64,000 nucleotides of DNA from Eledone cirrhosa. Lineage: Eukaryota. The stretch lies in assembly GCA_964016885.1 (NCBI GenBank), contig OZ024744.1, positions 51,708,001 through 51,772,000 on the forward strand, read 5' to 3'. Within the stretch, counting starts at the first letter, position 1. The number at the start of each line of letters is the position of its first letter. Positions 26,001 to 39,800 of the stretch are shown one piece after another. Both the position numbers and the translations under genes were made by a program. Under the pieces are notes generated by a model that had not been told where the DNA came from, did not search any database, and saw only the letters and a list, made by a program, of their open reading frames with translations.

Positions 26001-29000
26001 GGAGTTAGAGAAAGATGTTGGTGGAGTTATGGTATGGTTGTGAGACAAGAATGAGAGAAAATGTCGTTGGTGGAGTTATGTTACGACTGTGAAACAGGAA
26101 TGAGAGAAAGACGTCGTTGGTGGAGTTATGGTACGGCTGTGAGTAGGAATGAGAGGAAGATGTCGTTGGTGGTGTTATGGTACGGCTGTGAGACAGGAAT
26201 GAGAGAAAGACCTCGTTGATGGAGTTATGGTACGGCTGTGAGAGAGGAATGAGAGGAAGACGTCGTTGGTGGAGTTCTGGTATGGTTGTGAGACAGGAAT
26301 GAGAGAAAGACGTCGTTGGTGGAGTTATGGTACGACTTCGAGACAGGAATGAGAGGAAGATGTCGTTGGTAGAGTTATGGGACCGTCGATGCTGGAGTTA
26401 TTTTAAGGCTGTGAGACAGGAATGAGAGAAAGATGTCTTTGGTGGAGTTATGGTACGGCTGTGAGACAGGAGTTAGAGAAAGATGTTGGTGGAGTTATGG
26501 TACTGCTGTGATACAAGAATGAGAAAAAGATGTCGGTGGCGAAGTTATGGTAATGCTGTGAGACAGGAACGAGAGGAAGATATCGTTGGTGGAGTTATGG
26601 TATGGCTGTGAGACAGGAATGAGAGGAAGACGTCGTTGGTTGAATTATGGTACGGCTGTGAGAGAGGAATGAGAGGAAGACGTCGTTGGTGGAGCTATGG
26701 TACGGCTGTGAGACAGGAATGAGAGGAAGATGTCATTGGTAGAGTTATGTTACCGTCGTTGCTGGAGTTATTTTAAGGCTGTGACACAGGAATGAGAGAA
26801 AGATGTCGTTGGTGGAGTTATGGTACGGCTGAGATACAAGAATGAGAAAAAGATGTCGTTGGTGGAGTTATGGTAATGCTGTGAGACAGGAATGAGAGGA
26901 AGACGTCGTTGGTGGAGTTATGGTATGGCTGTGAGACAGGAATGAGAGGAAATGTCGTTGGTGGAGTTATGGTATGGTCGTGAGATAGGACTGAGAGAAA
27001 GATGTCGTTGGTGGAGTTATAGTACGGCTGTGAGACAAGAATGAGAGGAAGATGTCGCTGGTGGAGTTATGGTACGGTTGTGAGACAGGAATGAGAGAAA
27101 GATGTCGTTGGTGGAGCTACGGTACGGCTGTGAGACAGGAATGAGAGAAAGATGTCGTTGGTGGAATTATGGTACGGTTGTGAGACAGGAATGAGAGGAA
27201 GATGTCGTTCGTGGAGTTATGGTATGGTTTTCAGACAGGAATGAGAGAAAGATGTCGTTGCTGGAGTTATGGTACGGCTGTGAGACAGGAATGAGAGAAA
27301 GATTTTGTTGGTGGAGTTATGGTACGACTTTGAGACAGGAATGAGAGGAAAATGTCATTGGTAGAGTTATGGTACCGTCGATGCTGGAGTTATTTTAAGG
27401 CTGTGAGACAGGAATGAGAGAAAGTTGCGTTGGTGGAGTTATAGTACGGCTGTGAGACAGGAATGAGAGAAAGTTGTCGTTGGTGGAGTTATGGAACGGC
27501 TGTGAGACAGTAGTTAGAGAAAGATGTTGGTGGAGTTATGGTACGGCTGTGAAACAAGAATGAGAAAAAGATGTCGTTGGTGGAGTTATGGTAATGCTGT
27601 GAGACAGGAATGAGAGGAAGACGTCGTTGGTGGAGTTATGGTACGGCTGTGAGACTGGAATGAGAGGAAGACGTCGTTGTTGGATTTATGGTACGGTTGT
27701 AAGACAGCAGTGAGAGGAAGACGTCGTTGGTGGAGTTATGGTACGGCTGTGAGACAGGAATGAGAGCAAGATGTCGTTGGTGGAGTTATAGTACGGTTGT
27801 GAGACAGGAATGAGGGAAAGACGCGTTGGTGGAGTTAAGGTACGTCTGTGAGAGCAATGAGAGAAAGATGTCGTTGGTGGAGTTATGGTACGGCTGTGAG
27901 TAGGAATGAGACGAAGATGTCGTTGGTGGAGTTATGGTACGGCTGTGAGACAGGAATGAGAGAAAGACCTCGTTGGTGGAGTTATGGTACGGCTGTGAGA
28001 GAGGAATGAGAGAAAGACGTCGTTGCTGGAATTATGGTACGGCTGTGAGATAGGAATGAGAGGAAGATGTCGTTGCTGGAGATATGGTACGGCTGTGAGA
28101 CAGGAATGAGAGAAAGATGTCGTTGGTGGAGTTATGGTACCGTTGTGAGACAGGAACGAGAGAAAGATGACGTTGCTTGAGTTATGGTACGTTTGTGAGA
28201 CAGGAATGAGAGGAAGATGTCCTTGGTGGAGTTATGGTACGGCTGTGAGACAGGAATGAGAGGAAGACGTCGTTGTTGGAGTTATGGTACGGCGGTGAGA
28301 CAGCAGTGAGAGAAAGATGTCATTGGTGGAGTTATGGTACGGCGGTGAGACAGGAATGAGAGAAAGACGTCGTTGGTGAAGTTATGGTACGGCTGTGAGA
28401 GAGGAATGAGAGGAAGACGTCGTTGGTGGAGCTATGGTACGGCTGTGAGACAGGAATGAGAGGAAGATGTCATTGGTAGAGTTATGGTACCGTCGTTGCT
28501 GCAGTTATTTTAAGGCTGTGACACAGGAATGAGAGAAAGACGTGGTTGGCGGAGTTATGGTATGGCTGTGAGACCGGAATGAGAGGAAGACGTCGTTGGT
28601 GGAGTTATGGTATGGTTGTGAGACAGGAATGAGAGAAAGATGTCGTTGGTGGAGTTATGGTATGGTCGTGAGATAGGACTGAGAGAAAGATGTCGTTGGT
28701 GTAGTTACGGTACGGTTGTGAGACAGGAATGAGAGAAAGATGTCGTTAGTGGAATTATGGTATGGTTGTGAGACAGGAATGAGAGAAAGATGTCGTTGGT
28801 GGAGTTATGGTATGGTCGTGAGATAGGACTGAGAGAAAGATGTCGTTGGTGTAGTTACGGTACGGCTGTGAGACAAGAATGAGAAAAAGATGTCGTTGGT
28901 GGAGTTATGGTAATGCTGTGAGACAGGAATTAGAGGAAGACGTCGTTCGTGGAGTTATGGTATGGCTGTGAGACAGGAATGAGAGGAAGACGTCCTTGGT

Positions 29001-31239
29001 GGAATTATGGTACGGCTGTGAGACAGGAATGAGAGGAAGATGTCATTGGTAGAGTTATGTTACCGTCTTTGCTGGAGTTATTTTAAGGCTGTGACACATG
29101 AATGAGAGAAAGATGTCGTTGGTGGAGTTATGGTACGGCTGTGATACAAGAATGAGAAAAAGATGTCGTTGGTGGAGTTATGGTAATGCTGTGAGACAGG
29201 AATGAGAGGAAGACGTCGTTGGTGGAGTTATGGTATGGCTGTGAGACAGGAATGAGAGGAAATGTCGTTGGTGGAGTTATGGTATGGTCGTGAGATAGGA
29301 CTGAGAGAAAGATGTCGTTGGTGGAGTTATAGTACGGCTGTGAGACAAGAATGAGAGGAAGATGTCGTTCGTGGAGTTATGGTATGGTTTTCAGACAGGA
29401 ATGAGAGAAAGATGTCGTTGCTGGAGTTATGGTACGGCTGTGAGACAGGAATGAGAGAAAGATTTTGTTGGTGGAGTTATGGTACGACTTTGAGACAGGA
29501 ATGAGAGGAAAATGTCATTGGTAGAGTTATGGTACCGTCGATGCTGGAGTTATTTTAAGGCTGTGAGACAGGAATGAGAGAAAGATATCTTTGGTGGAGT
29601 TATGGTACGGCTGTGAGACAGGAGTTAGAGAAAGATGTTGGTGGAGTTATGGTACGGCTGTGATACAAGAATGAGAAAAAGATGTCGTTGGCGGAGTTAT
29701 GGTAATGCTGTGAGACAGGAATGAGAGGAAGACGTCCTTGTTGGAGTTATGGTACGGCTGTGGGACCGGAATGAGAGGAAGACGTCGTTGTTGGAGTTAT
29801 GGTACGGTTGTGAGACAGCAGTGAGAGAAAGATGTCATTGGTGGAGTTATGGTACGGCGGTGAGACAGGAATGAGAGAAAGACGTCGTTGGTTGAATTAT
29901 GGTACGGCTGTGAGTGAGGAATGAGAGGAAGATGTCGTTGGTGGAGTTATGGTACGGCTGTGATGGAGGAATGAGAGGAAGACGTCGTTGGTGGAGTTAT
30001 GGTAAGGCTGTGAGACAGGAATGAGAGGAAGACGTCGTTGGTGGAGTTATGGTACGGTTGTGAGACAGGAATGAGAGGAAGCCGTCGTTGGTGGAGTTAT
30101 GGTACGGTTGTGAGACAGGAATGAGAGGAAGATGTCTTTGGTGGAGTTATGGTACGGCTGTGAAAGAAATGAGAGAAAGATGTCGTTGGTGGAGTTATGG
30201 TACGGCTGTGAGACAGGAATGAGAGGAAGACGTCGTTGGTGGAGTTATGGTACGGCTGTGAGTATGAATAAGAGGAAGATGTCGTTGGTGGAGTTATGGT
30301 ACGGCTGTGAGACAGGAATGAGAGGAAGACGTCGTTGGTGCAGTTATGGTACGGCTGTGATACAAGAATGAGAAAAAGATGTCGTTGGTAGAGTTATGGT
30401 ACGGCTGTGAGAGAGGAATGAGAGGAAGACGTCGTTGGTGGAGTTATGGTACGGATGTGAGACAGGAATGAGAGGAAGATGTCGTTGGTGGAGTTATGGT
30501 ATGGCTGTGAGACAGGAATGAGAGGAAATGTCGTTGGTGGAGTTATGGTATGGTCGTGAGATAGGACTGAGAGAAAGATGTCGTTGGTGTAGTTACGGTA
30601 CGACTGAGAGACAGGAATGAGAGAAAGATGTCGTTGGTGGAATTATGGTACGGTTGTGAGACAGGAATGAGAGGAAGATGTCGTTCGTGGAGTTATGGTA
30701 TGGTTTTGAGACAGGAATGAGAGAAAGATGTCGTTGGTGGAGTTATGGTACGACTGTGAGACAGGAATGAGATAAAGATGTCGTTGGTGGAGTTATGGTA
30801 CGGCTGTGAGACAGGAATGAGAGAAAGACGTCGGTGGTTGAGTTATGGTATGGTTGTGAGACAGGAATGAGAGAAAGATGTCGTTGGTGGAGTTATGGTA
30901 CGGCTGTGAGACAGGAATGAGAGAAAGATGTCGTTGGTGGAGTTATGGTATCGTCGTGATATAGGACTGAGAGAAAGATGTCGTTGGTGGAGTTACGGTA
31001 CGGCTGTGAGACAGGAATGAGAGAAAGATGTCGTTGGTGGAGCTATGGTTCGGCTGTGAGACAGGAATGAGAGGAAGATGTCCTAGGTGGAGTTATGGTA
31101 CGGCTGTGAGACAGGAATGAGAGGAAGACGTCGTTTGTTGGAGTTATGGTACGGTTGTGAGACAGCAGTGAAAGAAAGATGTCATTGGTGGAGTTATGGT
31201 ACGGCTGTGAGACAGGAATGAGAGAAAGACGTCGTTGGT

Positions 31240-34200
31240 GGAGTTATGGAACGGCTGTGAGACAGTAGTTAGAGAAAGATGTTGGTGGAGTTATGGTACG
31301 GCTGTGAAACAAGAATGAGAAAAAGATGTCGTTGGTGGAGTTATGGTAATGCTGTGAGACAGGAATGAGAGGAAGACGTCGTTGGTGGAGTTATGGTACG
31401 GCTGTGAGACTGGAATGAGGGAAGACGTCGTTGTTGGATTTATGGTACGGTTGTAAGACAGCAGTGAGAGGAAGACGTCGTTGGTGGAGTTATGGTACGG
31501 CTGTGAGACAGGAATGAGAGCAAGATGTCGTTGGTGGAGTTATAGTACGGTTGTGAGACAGGAATGAGGGAAAGACGCGTTGGTGGAGTTATGGTACGTC
31601 TGTGAGAGCAATGAGAGAAAGATGTCGTTGGTGGAGTTATGGTACGGCTGTGAGTAGGAATGAGACGAAGATGTCGTTGGTGGAGTTATGTTACGGCTGT
31701 GAGACAGGAATGAGAGAAAGACCTCGTTGGTGGAGTTATGGTACGGCTGTGAGAGAGGAATGAGAGAAAGCCGTCGTTGCTGGAATTATGGTACGGCTGT
31801 GAGATAGGAATGAGAGGAAGATGTCGTTGCTGGAGATATGGTACGGCTGTGAGACAGGAATGAGAGAAAGATGTCGTTGGTGGAGTTATGGTACCGTTGT
31901 GAGACAGGAATGAGAGAAAGACGTCGTTGGTAGAGTTATGGTACCGTCGTTGCTGCAGTTATTTTAAGGCTGTGACACAGGAATGAGAGAAAGACGTGGT
32001 TGGCGGAGTTATGGTATGGCTGTGAGACCGGAATGAGAGGAAGACGTCGTTGGTGGAGTTATGGTATGGTTGTGAGACAGGTATGAGGGAAAGATGTCGT
32101 TGGTGGAGTTATGGTATGGTCGTGAGATAGGACTGAGAGAAAGATGTCGTTGGTGGAGTTACGGTACGGCTGTGAGACAGGAATGAGAGAAAGATGTCGT
32201 TAGTGGAATTATGGTATGGTTGTGAGACAGGAATGAGAGAAAGATGTCGTTGGTGGAGTTATGGTATGGTCGTGAGATAGGACTGAGAGAAAGATGTCGT
32301 TGGTGGAGTTACGGTACGGCTGTGAGACAGGAATGAGAGAAAGATGTCGTTGGTGGAGTTATGGTATGGTTTTGAGACAGGAATGAGAGAAAGATGTCGT
32401 TGGTGGAGTTATGGTACGGCTGTGAGTCAGGAATGAGAGAAAGGTGTCGTTGGTGGAGTTATGGTACGGCTGTGAGACAAGAATGAGAAAAAGATGTCGT
32501 TGGTGGAGTTATGGTAATGCTGTGAGACAGGAATGAGAGGAAGACGTCGTTGGTGGAGTTATGGTATGGCTGTGAGACAGGAATGAGAGGAAGATGTCCT
32601 TGGTGGAGTTATGGTACGGCTGTGAGACAGGAATGAGAGGAAGACGTCGTTGTTGGAGTTATGGTACGGTTGTGAGACAGCAGTGAAAGAAAGATGTCAT
32701 TGGTGGAGTTATGCTACGGCTGTGAGACAGGAATGAGAGAAAGACGTCGTTGGTGGAGATATGGTACGGCTGTGAGACAGGATTGAGAGGAAGATGTCAT
32801 TGATAGAGTGATGGTACCGTTGTTGCTGGAGTTATTTTAAGGCTGTGAGACAGGAATGAGAGAAAGATGTCGTTGGTGGAGTTATGGTACGGCTGTGATA
32901 CAAGAATGAGAAAAAGATGTCGTTGGTGGAATTATGGTACGGCTGTGAGACACGAATGAGAGGAAGATGTCGTTGGTGGAGTTATGGTACGGTTGTGAGA
33001 CAGGAATGAGAGGAAGATGTCGTTGGTGGAGTTATGGTACGGTTGTGAGATAGGAATGAGGGGAAGATATCGTTGGTGGAGTTATGGTACGGTTGTGAGA
33101 CAGGAATGAGAGGAAGATGTCGTTGGTGGAGTTATGGTACGGTTGTGAGATAGGAATGAGGGGAAGATATCGTTGGTGGAGTTATGCTACCGTCGTTACT
33201 GGAGTTATTTTAAGGCTGTGAGACAGGAATGAGAGAAAGTTGCGTTGGTGGAGTTATGGAACGGCTGTGAGACAGGAATGAGAGAAAGACGTCGTTGGCG
33301 GAGTTATGGTACGACTTTGAGACAGTAGTTAGAGAAAGATGTTGGTGGAGTTATGGTACGGCTGTGAAACAAGAATGAGAAAAAGATGTCGTTGGTGGAG
33401 TTATGGTAATGCTGTGAGACAGGAATGAGAGGAAGACGTCGTTGGTGGAGTTATGGTACGGCTGTGAGACTGGAATGAGAGGAAGACGTCGTTGTTGGAT
33501 TTATGGTACGGTTGTAAGACAGCAGTGAGAGGAAGACGTCGTTGGTGGAGTTATGGTACGGCTGTGAGACAGGAATGAGAGCAAGATGTCGTTGGTGGAG
33601 TTATAGTACGGTTGTGAGACAGGAATGAGGGAAAGACGCGTTGGTGGAGTTAAGGTACGTCTGTGAGAGCAATGAGAGAAAGATGTCGTTGGTGGAGTTA
33701 TGGTACGGCTGTGAGTAGGAATGAGACGAAGATGTCGTTGGTGGAGCTATGGTACGGCTGTGAGACAGGAATGAGAGAAAGACCTCGTTGGTGGAGTTAT
33801 GGTACGGCTGTGAGAGAGGAATGAGAGAAAGACGTCGTTGCTGGAATTATGGTACGGCTGTGAGATAGGAATGAGAGGAAGATGTCGTTGCTGGAGATAT
33901 GGTACGGCTGTGAGACAGGAATGAGAGAAATATGTCGTTGGTGGAGTTATGGTACCGTTGTGAGACAGGAACGAGAGAAAGATGACGTTGCTTGAGTTAT
34001 GGTACGGTTGTGAGACAGGAATGAGAGGAAGATGTCCTTGGTGGAGTTATGGTACCGTTGTGAGACAGGAACGAGAGAAAGATGACGTTGCTTGAGTTAT
34101 GGTACGGCTGTGAGACAGGAATGAGAGGAAGACGTCGTTGTTGGAGTTATGGTACGGTTGTGAGACAGCAGTGAGAGAAAGATGTCATTGGTGGAGTTAT

Positions 34201-36800
34201 GGTACGGCGGTGAGACAGGAATGAGAGAAACACGTCGTTGGTGAAGTTATGGTACGGCTATGAGAGAGGAATGAGAGGAAGACGTCGTTGGTGGAGCTAT
34301 GGTACGGCTGTGAGACAGGAATGAGAGGAAGATGTCATTGGTAGAGTTATGGTACCGTCGTTGCTGCAGTTATTTTAAGGCTGTGACACAGGAATTAGAG
34401 AAAGACGTGGTTGGCGGAGTTATGGTATGGCTGTGAGACCGGAATGAGAGGAAGGCGTCGTTGGTGGAGTTATGGTATGGTTGTGAGACAGGAATGAGAG
34501 AAAGATGTCATTGGTGGAGTTATGGTATGGTCGTGAGATAGGACTGAGAGAAAGATGTCGTTGGTGTAGTTACGGTACGGCTGTGAGACAGGAATGAGAG
34601 AAAGATGTCGTTAGTGGAATTATGGTATGGTTGTGAGACAGGAATGAGAGAAAGATGTCGTTGGTGGAGTTATGGTATGGTCGTGAGATAGGACTGAGAG
34701 AAAGATGTCGTTGGTGGAGTTACGGTACGGCTGTGAGACAGGAATGAGAGAAAGATGTCGTTGGTGGAGTTATGGTATGGTTTTGAGACAGGAATGAGAG
34801 AAAGATGTCGTTGGTGGAGTTATGGTACGGCTGTGAGACAGGAATGAGAAAAAGATGTCGTTGGTGGAGTTATGGTAATGCTGTGAGACAGGAATGAGAG
34901 GAAGACGTCGTTGGTGGAGTTATGGTATGGCTGTGAGACAGGAATGAGAGGAAGATGTCCTTGGTGGAGTTATGGTACGGCTGTGAGACAGGATTGAGAG
35001 GAAGATGTCATTGGTAGAGTGATGGTACCGTTGTTGCTGGAGTTATTTTAAGGCTGTGAGACAGGAATGAGAGAAAGATGTCGTTGGTGGAGTTATGGTA
35101 CGGCTGTGATACAAGAATGAGAAAAAGATGTCGTTGGTGGAATTATGGTACGGCTGTGAGACACGAATGAGAGGAAGATGTCGTTGGTGGAGTTATGGTA
35201 CGGTTGTGAGACAGGAATGAGAGGAAGATGTCGTTGGTGGAGTTATGGTACGGTTGTGAGATAGGAATGAGGGGAAGATATCGTTGGTGGAGTTATGGTA
35301 CGGTTGTGAGACAGGAATGAGAGGAAGATGTCGTTGGTGGAGTTATGGTACGGTTGTGAGATAGGAATGAGGGGAAGATATCGTTGGTGGAGTTATGGTA
35401 CCGTCGTTACTGGAGTTATTTTAAGGCTGTGAGACAGGAATGAGAGAAAGTTGCGTTGGTGGAGTTATGGAACGGCTGTGAGACAGGAATGAGAGAAAGA
35501 CGTCGTTGGCGGAGTTATGGTACGACTTTGAGACAGGAATGAGAGGAAGATGTCATTGGTAGAGTTATGGTACCGTCGTTACTGGAGTTATTTTAAGGCT
35601 GTGAGACAGGAATGAGAGAAAGTTGTCGTTGGTGGAGTTATGGAACGGCTGTGAGACAGTAGTTAGAGAAAGATGTTGGTGGAGTTATGGTACGGCTGTG
35701 AAACAAGAATGAGAAAAAGATGTCGTTGGTGGAGTTATGGTAATGCTGTGAGACTGGAATGAGAGGAAGACGTCGTTGTTGGATTTATGGTACGGTTGTA
35801 AGACAGCAGTGAGAGGAAGACGTCGTTGGTGGAGTTATGGTACGGCTGTGAGACAGGAATGAGAGCAAGATGTCGTTGGTGGAGTTATAGTACGGTTGTG
35901 AGACAGGAATGAGGGAAAGACGCGTTGGTGGAGTTAAGGTACGGCTGTGAGAGAGGAATGAGAGAAAGACGTCGTTGCTGGAATTATGGTACGGCTGTGA
36001 GATAGGAATGAGAGGAAGATGTCGTTGCTGGAGATATGGTACGGCTGTGAGACAAGAATGAGAGAAAGATGTCGTTGGTGGAGTTATGGTACCGTTGTGA
36101 GACAGGAACGAGAGAAAGATGACGTTGCTTGAGTTATGGTACGGTTGTGAGACAGGAATGAGAGGAAGATGTCCTTGGTGGAGTTATGGTACGGCTGTGA
36201 GACAGGAATGAGAGGAAGACGTCGTTGTTGGAGTTATGGTACGGTTGTGAGACAGCAGTGAGAGAAAGATGTCATTGGTGGAGTTATGGTACGGCGGTGA
36301 GACAGGAATGAGAGAAAGACGTCGTTGGTGAAGTTATGGTACGGCTGTGAGAGAGGAATGAGAGGAAGACGTCGTTGGAGGAGCTATGGTACGGCTGTGA
36401 GACAGGAATGAGAGGAAGATGTCATTGGTAGAGTTATGGTACCGTCGTTGCTGCAGTTATTTTAAGGCTGTGACACAGGAATGAGAGAAAGACGTGGTTG
36501 GCGGAGTTATGGTATGGCTGTGAGACCGGAATGAGAGGAAGACGTCGTTGGTGGAGTTATGGTATGGTTGTGAGACAGGAATGAGAGAAAGATGTCGTTG
36601 GTGGAGTTATGGTATGGTCGTGAGATAGGACTGAGAGAAAGATGTCGTTGGTGTAGTTACGGTACGGCTGTGAGACAAGAATGAGAAAAAGATGTCGTTG
36701 GTGGAGTTATGGTAATTCTGTGAGACAGGAATGAGAGGAAGACGTCGTTGGTGGAGTTATGGTATGGCTGTGAGACAGGAATGAGAGGAAGACGTCCTTG
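31240..36800 (+). repeat. Degenerate tandem higher-order block, ~2.1-2.3 kb period, about 2.5 copies
   Basis: The marker GACAGTAGTTAGAG is at 31261, 33321 and 35655, and CCGTCGTTACTGGAG...AGTTGCGTTGG is at ~33190 and ~35401. The same ordered run of variants follows each marker. Confidence 0.75.
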
Positions 36801-39800
36801 GTGGAATTATGGTACGGCTGTGAGACAGGAATGAGAGGAAGACGTCGTTGGTGGAGTTATAGTACGGTTGTGTGAGAGGAATGAGGGAAAGACGCGCTGT
36901 TGTAGTTATGGAACGGTTGTGAGACAAGAATGAGAGAAAATGTCGTTGGTGGAGTTATGGTACGGCTGTGAGAGAGGAATGAGAGAAAGACGTCGTTGGT
37001 GGAGTTATGGTACGGCTGTGAGTAGGAATGAGAGGAAGATGTGAATTATGGTAAGGTTGTGAGACAGGAATGAGAGAAAGACGACGTGGGTGGATTTATG
37101 GTACGACTGTGACAGAGGAATGAGAGAAAGACGTCGTGGTGGAGTTATGGTATGGTTGTGAGAAAGGAATGAGTGAAAGATGTCGTTGGTCGAGTTATGG
37201 TATGGTTGTGAGATAGGAATGAGGGAAAGACGTCGTTGGTGGAATTATGGTATGGTTGTGAGATAGGAATGAGAGAAAGACGTCGTTGGTGGAGTTATGG
37301 TACGGCTGTGAGACAGGAATGAGAGGAAGATGTCGTTGGTGGAGTTATGGTACGGCTGTGAGACAGGAATGAGGGAAAGATGTCGTTGGTGGTGTTATGG
37401 TACGGCTGTGAGACAGGAATGAGAGGAAGATGTCGTTGGTGGAGTTATGGTACGGCTGTGAGACAGGAATGAGAGGAAGATGTCGTTGGTGGAGTTATGG
37501 TACGGTTTTGAGACAGGAATGAGAGAAAGACGTCGTTGGTGGAGTTATGGTATGGTTGTGAGACATGAATGAGAGGAAGATGTCGTTGGTGGAGTTATGG
37601 TACGGTTGTGAGACAGGAATGAGAGGAAGATGTCGTTGGTGGAGTTATGGTACGGCTGTGAGACAAGAATGAGAGAAAGATCTCGTTGGTGGAGTTATGG
37701 TACGGTAGTGAGACAGGAATGAGAGGAAGATGTCGTTGGTGGAGTTATGGTACGGTTTTGAGACAGGAATGAGAGGAAGACGTCGTTGGTGGAGTTATGG
37801 TATGGTTGTGAGACATGAATGAGAGGAAGATGTCGTTGGTGGAATTATGGTACGGTTGTGAGACAAGAATGAGAGAAAGATCTCGTTGGTGGAGTTATGG
37901 TACGGTAGTGAGACAGGAATGAGAGGAAGATGTCGTTGGTGGAGTTATGGTACGGCTGTGAGAGCAATGAGAGAAAGATGTCGTTGGTGGAGTTATGGTA
38001 CGGCTGTGAGTAGGAATGAGAGGAAGATGTCGTTGGTGGAGTTATGGTACGGCTGTGAGACAGGAATGAGAGAAAGACCTCGTTGGTGGAGTTATGGTAC
38101 GTTAGTGAGACAGGAATGAGAGGAAGATGTCGTTGGTGGAGTTATGGTACGGTTGTGAGATAGGAATGAGGGGAAGATATAGTTGGTGGAGTTATGGTAC
38201 GGTTGTGAGACAGGAATGAGAGAAAGACGTCGTTGCTGGAGTTATGGTACGGCTGTGAGACAGGAATGAGAGGAAGATGTCATTGGTAGAGTTATGGTAC
38301 AGTCGTTGCTGGAGTTATTTTAAGGCTGTGAGACAGGAATGAGAGAAAGTTGTCGTTGGTGGAGTTACGGAACGGCTGTGAGACAGGATTTAGAGAAAGA
38401 TGTTGGTGGAGTTATGGTACGGCTGTAATACAAGAATGAGAAAAAGATGTCGTTGGTGGAGTTATGGTAATGCTGTGAGACAGGAATGAGAGGAAGACGT
38501 CGTTGGTGGAGTCATGGTACGGCTGTGAGACAGGAATGAGAGGAAGACGTCGTTTGTGGAGTTATGGTATGGTAGTGAGACAGGAATGAGAGAAAGATGT
38601 CGTTGGTGGAGTTACGGTACGGCTATGAGAGAGGAATGAGAGAAATATGTCGTTGGTGGAATTATGGTATGGTTTTGAGACAGGAATGAGAGAAAGATGT
38701 CGTTGGTGGAGTTATGGTACGGCTGTGAGTAGGAATGAGACGAAGATGTCGTTGGTGGAGTTATGGTACGGATGTGAGACAGGAATGAGAGAAAGACCTC
38801 GTTGGTGGAGTTATGGTACGGCTGTGAGAGAGGAATGAGAGAAAGACGTCGTTGCTGGAATTATGGTACGGCTGTGAGATAGGAATGAGAGGAAGATGTC
38901 GTTGCTGGAGATATGGTACGGCTGTGAGACAAGAATGAGAGAAAGATGTCGTTGGTGGAGTTATGGTACCGTTGTGAGACAGGAACGAGAGAAAGATGAC
39001 GTTGCTTGAGTTATGGTACGGTTGTGAGACAGGAATGAGAGGAAGATGTCCTTGGTGGAGTTATGGTACGGCTGTGAGACAGGAATGAGAGGAAGACGTC
39101 GTTGTTGGAGTTATGGTACGGTTGTGAGACAGCAGTGAGAGAAAGATGTCATTGGTGGAGTTATGGTACGGCGGTGAGACAGGAATGAGAGAAAGACGTC
39201 GTTGGTGAAGTTATGGTACGGCTGTGAGAGAGGAATGAGAGGAAGACGTCGTTGGAGGAGCTATGGTACGGCTGTGAGACAGGAATGAGAGGAAGATGTC
39301 ATTGGTAGAGTTATGGTACCGTCGTTGCTGCAGTTATTTTAAGGCTGTGACACAGGAATGAGAGAAAGACGTGGTTGGCGGAGTTATGGTATGGCTGTGA
39401 GACCGGAATGAGAGGAAGACGTCGTTGGTGGAGTTATGGTATGGTTGTGAGACAGGAATGAGAGAAAGATGTCGTTGGTGGAGTTATGGTATGGTCGTGA
39501 GATAGGACTGAGAGAAAGATGTCGTTGGTGTAGTTACGGTACGGCTGTGAGACAAGAATGAGAAAAAGATGTCGTTGGTGGAGTTATGGTAATGCTGTGA
39601 GACAGGAATGAGAGGAAGACGTCGTTGGTGGAGTTATGGTATGGCTGTGAGACAGGAATGAGAGGAAGACGTCCTTGGTGGAATTATGGTACGGCTGTGA
39701 GACAGGAATGAGAGGAAGACGTCGTTGGTGGAGTTATAGTACGGTTGTGTGAGAGGAATGAGGGAAAGACGCGCTGTTGTAGTTATGGAACGGTTGTGAG

